Source of the DNA: Camelus ferus
Lineage: Eukaryota
Length of the DNA: 64,000 nucleotides
Direction: 5' to 3'
Assembly: GCF_009834535.1 (NCBI RefSeq)
Contig: NC_045703.1
Coordinates: 73,160,001-73,224,000, forward strand
The notes under the pieces: model-generated
Database searches by the model: none
Told to the model about the DNA's origin: nothing
Seen by the model: only the letters and a program-made list of their open reading frames with translations
Translations under genes and position numbers: made by a program
Part shown: piece by piece, positions 60,695-64,000 of the stretch
Position numbering within the stretch: the stretch's first letter is position 1
How the letters are laid out: the number at the start of each line of letters is the position of its first letter

Positions 60695-63524
60695 TGCTGC
60701 CCAGGGTTTGTCCCAGGCCCAGGCCGCGTGTTCTGCCCTGCCCTGCCCTGCAGCCGGGAAACATCCCGGTGAAGACCCTGAAGACCACTTGGGAGCCGCT
60801 CGCCTGCCGGCGGGAAGGTCTGCTTTCCTCCATCACGTTCGGGTCTGGGGCCTGACACCTTGGCTGCAGCCCTGGTCCCCCAGCTGGTTTTGGTCAGTTT
60901 GGGGCGGCTGCGATGAGTGACTGCTGGTCTATGACAGGTGGGCAAGTGGGCCGGGGTGCAGGGACCACAGCAGAGCCTGGGGCCAAGCAGGGGAGGGAGC
61001 TGGTGAAGATCACAGGGCCAAGGAGCCAGCCCCGCCCGGAACCCCAAGGGCGTGTGCACACCCACACGCGTGTGCACACAGACACGTGTGCGCACAAGGG
61101 CACCACACGCGTCCACACGTCTGCGTTCACTGGGAGCGGACTTCAGCCTGGGGGACACTGCAGTGCGGACCGGCCTGCGCTTTGGCGCGCCGCAGTGTGG
61201 ACTGTACCCCAGACGTAGCCCCCGTTGGCCATGCAGGGGAGGCAGCCTGAGCCTGGGGTCTGCCCTGGACCTGCGCTGGGTCCTGGAGCCTTGTCCATGT
61301 AGCCCAGACCCTCGCGGTCCCACGTCTCCCTCTCAGGGCGTCTGTGAAGGCCCCGCAGCCACCACAGGCCACCTGACAAGGTAACAAAGCTCCGTTCACC
61401 CTGCGCTCGCTTTTATGGCCGCTGTCTGGTTTCCGTGAGGGCCCAGCTACTTTGATGTGGCCGTGTGCTCTGGCCGAGCAGATGCGGCTGATCTGAGCGC
61501 CGGTCCATCCCGCTGCCGGCGGGGGGCAGTTCCTCCTGGACACCCCCCCGCCCCCACTGGCAGCAACACAACGTCTTTTACTGCCTTGCAGGTGCCTGCA
61601 GCCAGATAAATGGGGCCCAGAGGCCGTTACTGATAAGGAAATTTAATACCTAACAGGACTGGGAGCTTTCGCAGGGGCACGGCCGGAGGGGACCCAGGGC
61701 ATGAACGGGGTGACTGTGAGGGAGGGGCGGGCTCACCTGCTCCTCAGCGAGGGAGCGCCTGTGCTGCCCTGTTCCGGGAGAAGAACTCACTTTTCAGCCA
61801 ATCGGACGCTCACCTACCTGGAAAGAGCCACGTCGGATCTTGTCCCGTCCGTCAGAAACTGACCGCATTTCGAGATGGCTCTTCTTCTTCGCTTTTAATC
61901 TGGGACTGTGGGTGACAGGAAGCCCCCTCAGCTGTGGTTCAGTTCAGACAGTGGTGCTGAGACCAAGGGGACAAGACTCGTGACGTGGGCTCCGGGCCGA
62001 GCTCCAGCCGGGGTCCCCGGGGGAGGGCGAGGGGGCTGGCCGCTTCTGCACAGGAGGGGACCCTTCTGGACGCCGTCCTGCTCTCCTCCAGGTGGCTCTT
62101 TTTTCACTTTGCGGCTCAAAATCTGCATGGATCCTCACGCCTCACACGGCCCCTCAGCTTCTTCTACCTGTTGGCACATCCAGCCTTTCTCCTTGTTTTT
62201 GTTGCATGCTCTCCAGGTAGCAGTGACGTGTACAAAGGGCCACCCGGGAGCGAGCCCCTCGAGCCCCGTGACGCGCAGTCACAGCTGACATGTCTCGTGG
62301 TGGAGCCGGTCAAGCACCCCTTCTCACGTGGCTGCTCAAGCTGAGGATGGGGTGTGCGCGGCCTCTCCGGGGCTGTCCAGGTGCTCGCAGTGGAGGAGAC
62401 GGGGCAGGCCACCGATGCCCACGTCACGGGGCCCCGACCACTGGCTGCAGGGGACTCCCAGGGCTGGACCAGCCGGGGGGGGGACCCTGGTGTCTCCAAC
62501 AGTCCTGGGGGGAGCCAGCCGTGGGGCAGGTGGGAAGGTGACCCGCATCCTCCCCAGAAGCTGCTTCCTGCACAGAACGGGAGACGGCCCAGAAGGGGTG
62601 AAGTAACCGGCTTGAGCTCCTGCCCGCGGCGGAACCTGACCCAGGCGCCCACTGCGGGAGGACCTGCCCTCCAGAGAAGTGGGGTCCGGGAGGAAGTGGA
62701 CTCGGCCACCAGCCACGTGACTCCCCTGCATCCTGCGTCCTGTGGCCGCCGGCTGGTCAGGGCCAGCGCAGCTGGGTGACCAGGTGGAGCTGGTACACAG
62801 AGCCGCCGGGGGTCCAGCCCTGACCCACCCCGTCCAGGGCCCCCTTTCTTCCCGAGGGGAGAACATGGGGAGGACTCTGCTGGAAGGAGCCCTGACAAGC
62901 TGGATGTTGCCCAGGAGGCTCGGAGGAGCCAGACATGTGGCTAGAGGGTCCCCTCTGTCCACCACCACTGGCCGCTTCATTCTCATTCAAGGGTCTTGAG
63001 CGTATCTCTCTGCAGCCAGGCGTGAGAACCGAAACCCAGGCTTGCGGCTCTCAGGTCCCCTCTGGCCGTGGCTGAGATGCCAGAATGCTACTGTCTGGGG
63101 GTCCTGGGTGGAGGTTTCAGGGTGCCCTCTGAACCCCAGGGTCTCTCAAAGTGCCTCACAGTCACATCCCTGGGAGGGGTCTGCCCACACCTCCAGCCCC
63201 AACCAGATCGCTCTGCTCCTGCCTGTTTTAATTTTGGGGTTCCCAAGAATGATGTTTGCACAGAAGACTCCAACACCAGGTCACCATGAGCCCCTGGGGG
63301 AAGGGAAAGCCTTGTTCCCTCATCACGGGGTCTTGGGCGTGGAAGAAGCCCCACACTGACCCTCAGGCCAGCCAAGCAGACTGCCCTCAGCTCCCTGGGC
63401 GAGTGGACTGGCTGAGACCCAGCTGCAGCCGACATCCCAGGTCAGAGTTCTGTCCCCATGCAGGCTGTCGGGGAGGTGGTGGCGCTGGGATGTGGGCAAA
63501 CCGGGTGGACGTGACTCTCGGGGC

Positions 63525-63650
63525 TGTCACGCTGTGGCTTCGGGAACTTGGACAATCCCCTGACCTCTGGAGGGTTCAGTTTTCTTATCTGCAAAATGAA
63601 CATAACTGTACCTGCTTCCCAGGATTGTTCCCAGTAAAGAAAGAGATGTC
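63525..63650 (+). mobile_element. MIR fragment
   Basis: CTTGGACAATCCCCTGACCTCT...TTCAGTTTTCTTATCTGCAAAATG matches the MIR core. Confidence 0.75.
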
Positions 63651-64000
63651 TTCGGAACCCCTCACAGGTGCCGAGGAGGTGAGAGGCTTACACCTGCCGG
63701 CTGTGAGCCGCCCCTGAGTTGCCTGCTCAGGACGGCTTCAGCCCACCTCCTTCCTCTGTCCCCTGGGAGGGTCCAGGACCTCCAGGTCCAGAGGGGCCTC
63801 CGCTGTCCTGCCCCCAGGCCACCTGCCTCTCCCTCTCAGTGACCCCGAGCCCTTTCCCCTCAGGCTGGTGTGGAGGGAAACCGGGGGACACAAGCCACAG
63901 CCTCGTTCTTCCTGTGACAGCGCAGTCAACCTCCAACCGTGTCGAAGGCAAACTCGAGACAGAAGATGCGAGAAGCAGGTTCTGGAACCGCATCTGTGGG

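Noticed and set aside
24000-64000. SMOC2, FRMD1 or other neighbouring gene exons; CRISPR arrays or prokaryotic systems
   Set aside because: No translation resembling these proteins was found, there is no repeat-spacer array, and the DNA is plainly mammalian.

Overview
Mammalian genomic DNA from a GC-rich region. The tRNA-Ala-derived SINEs with AATAAA/CCTAATTACC-type tails look camelid (inference). The only protein-coding gene I can support is DACT2 (Dapper homolog 2) on the minus strand: four coding exons (23674-23438, 17540-17408, 16383-16141, 15365-13752), all with GT/AG introns and consistent phases, a CpG-island promoter, and a candidate poly(A) signal at 13172-13177. As written, exon 4 has a +1 frameshift within 14503-14522. 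It truncates the protein at 492 aa instead of about 741 aa and removes the C-terminal PDZ-binding motif. This is either an assembly error or a real loss-of-function allele. The remaining ~40 kb upstream is intergenic (towards SMOC2 by recalled human synteny; no SMOC2 exon is visible). It holds old L1 fragments, L2/MIR, an ERV1-like solo LTR, an MLT1 LTR, SINEs and a 136-nt N gap. Other notable observations: strong A/T-to-G/C drift in repeats, including an old L1 segment turned into a CpG-rich island; a divergent arrangement of CTCF motifs; and a near-perfect 52-nt palindrome. I found no convincing novel biological system. The other ORFs in the track look like GC-rich shadow ORFs or repeat remnants. 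Repeat family calls are by-eye comparisons with remembered consensus sequences, not database results.
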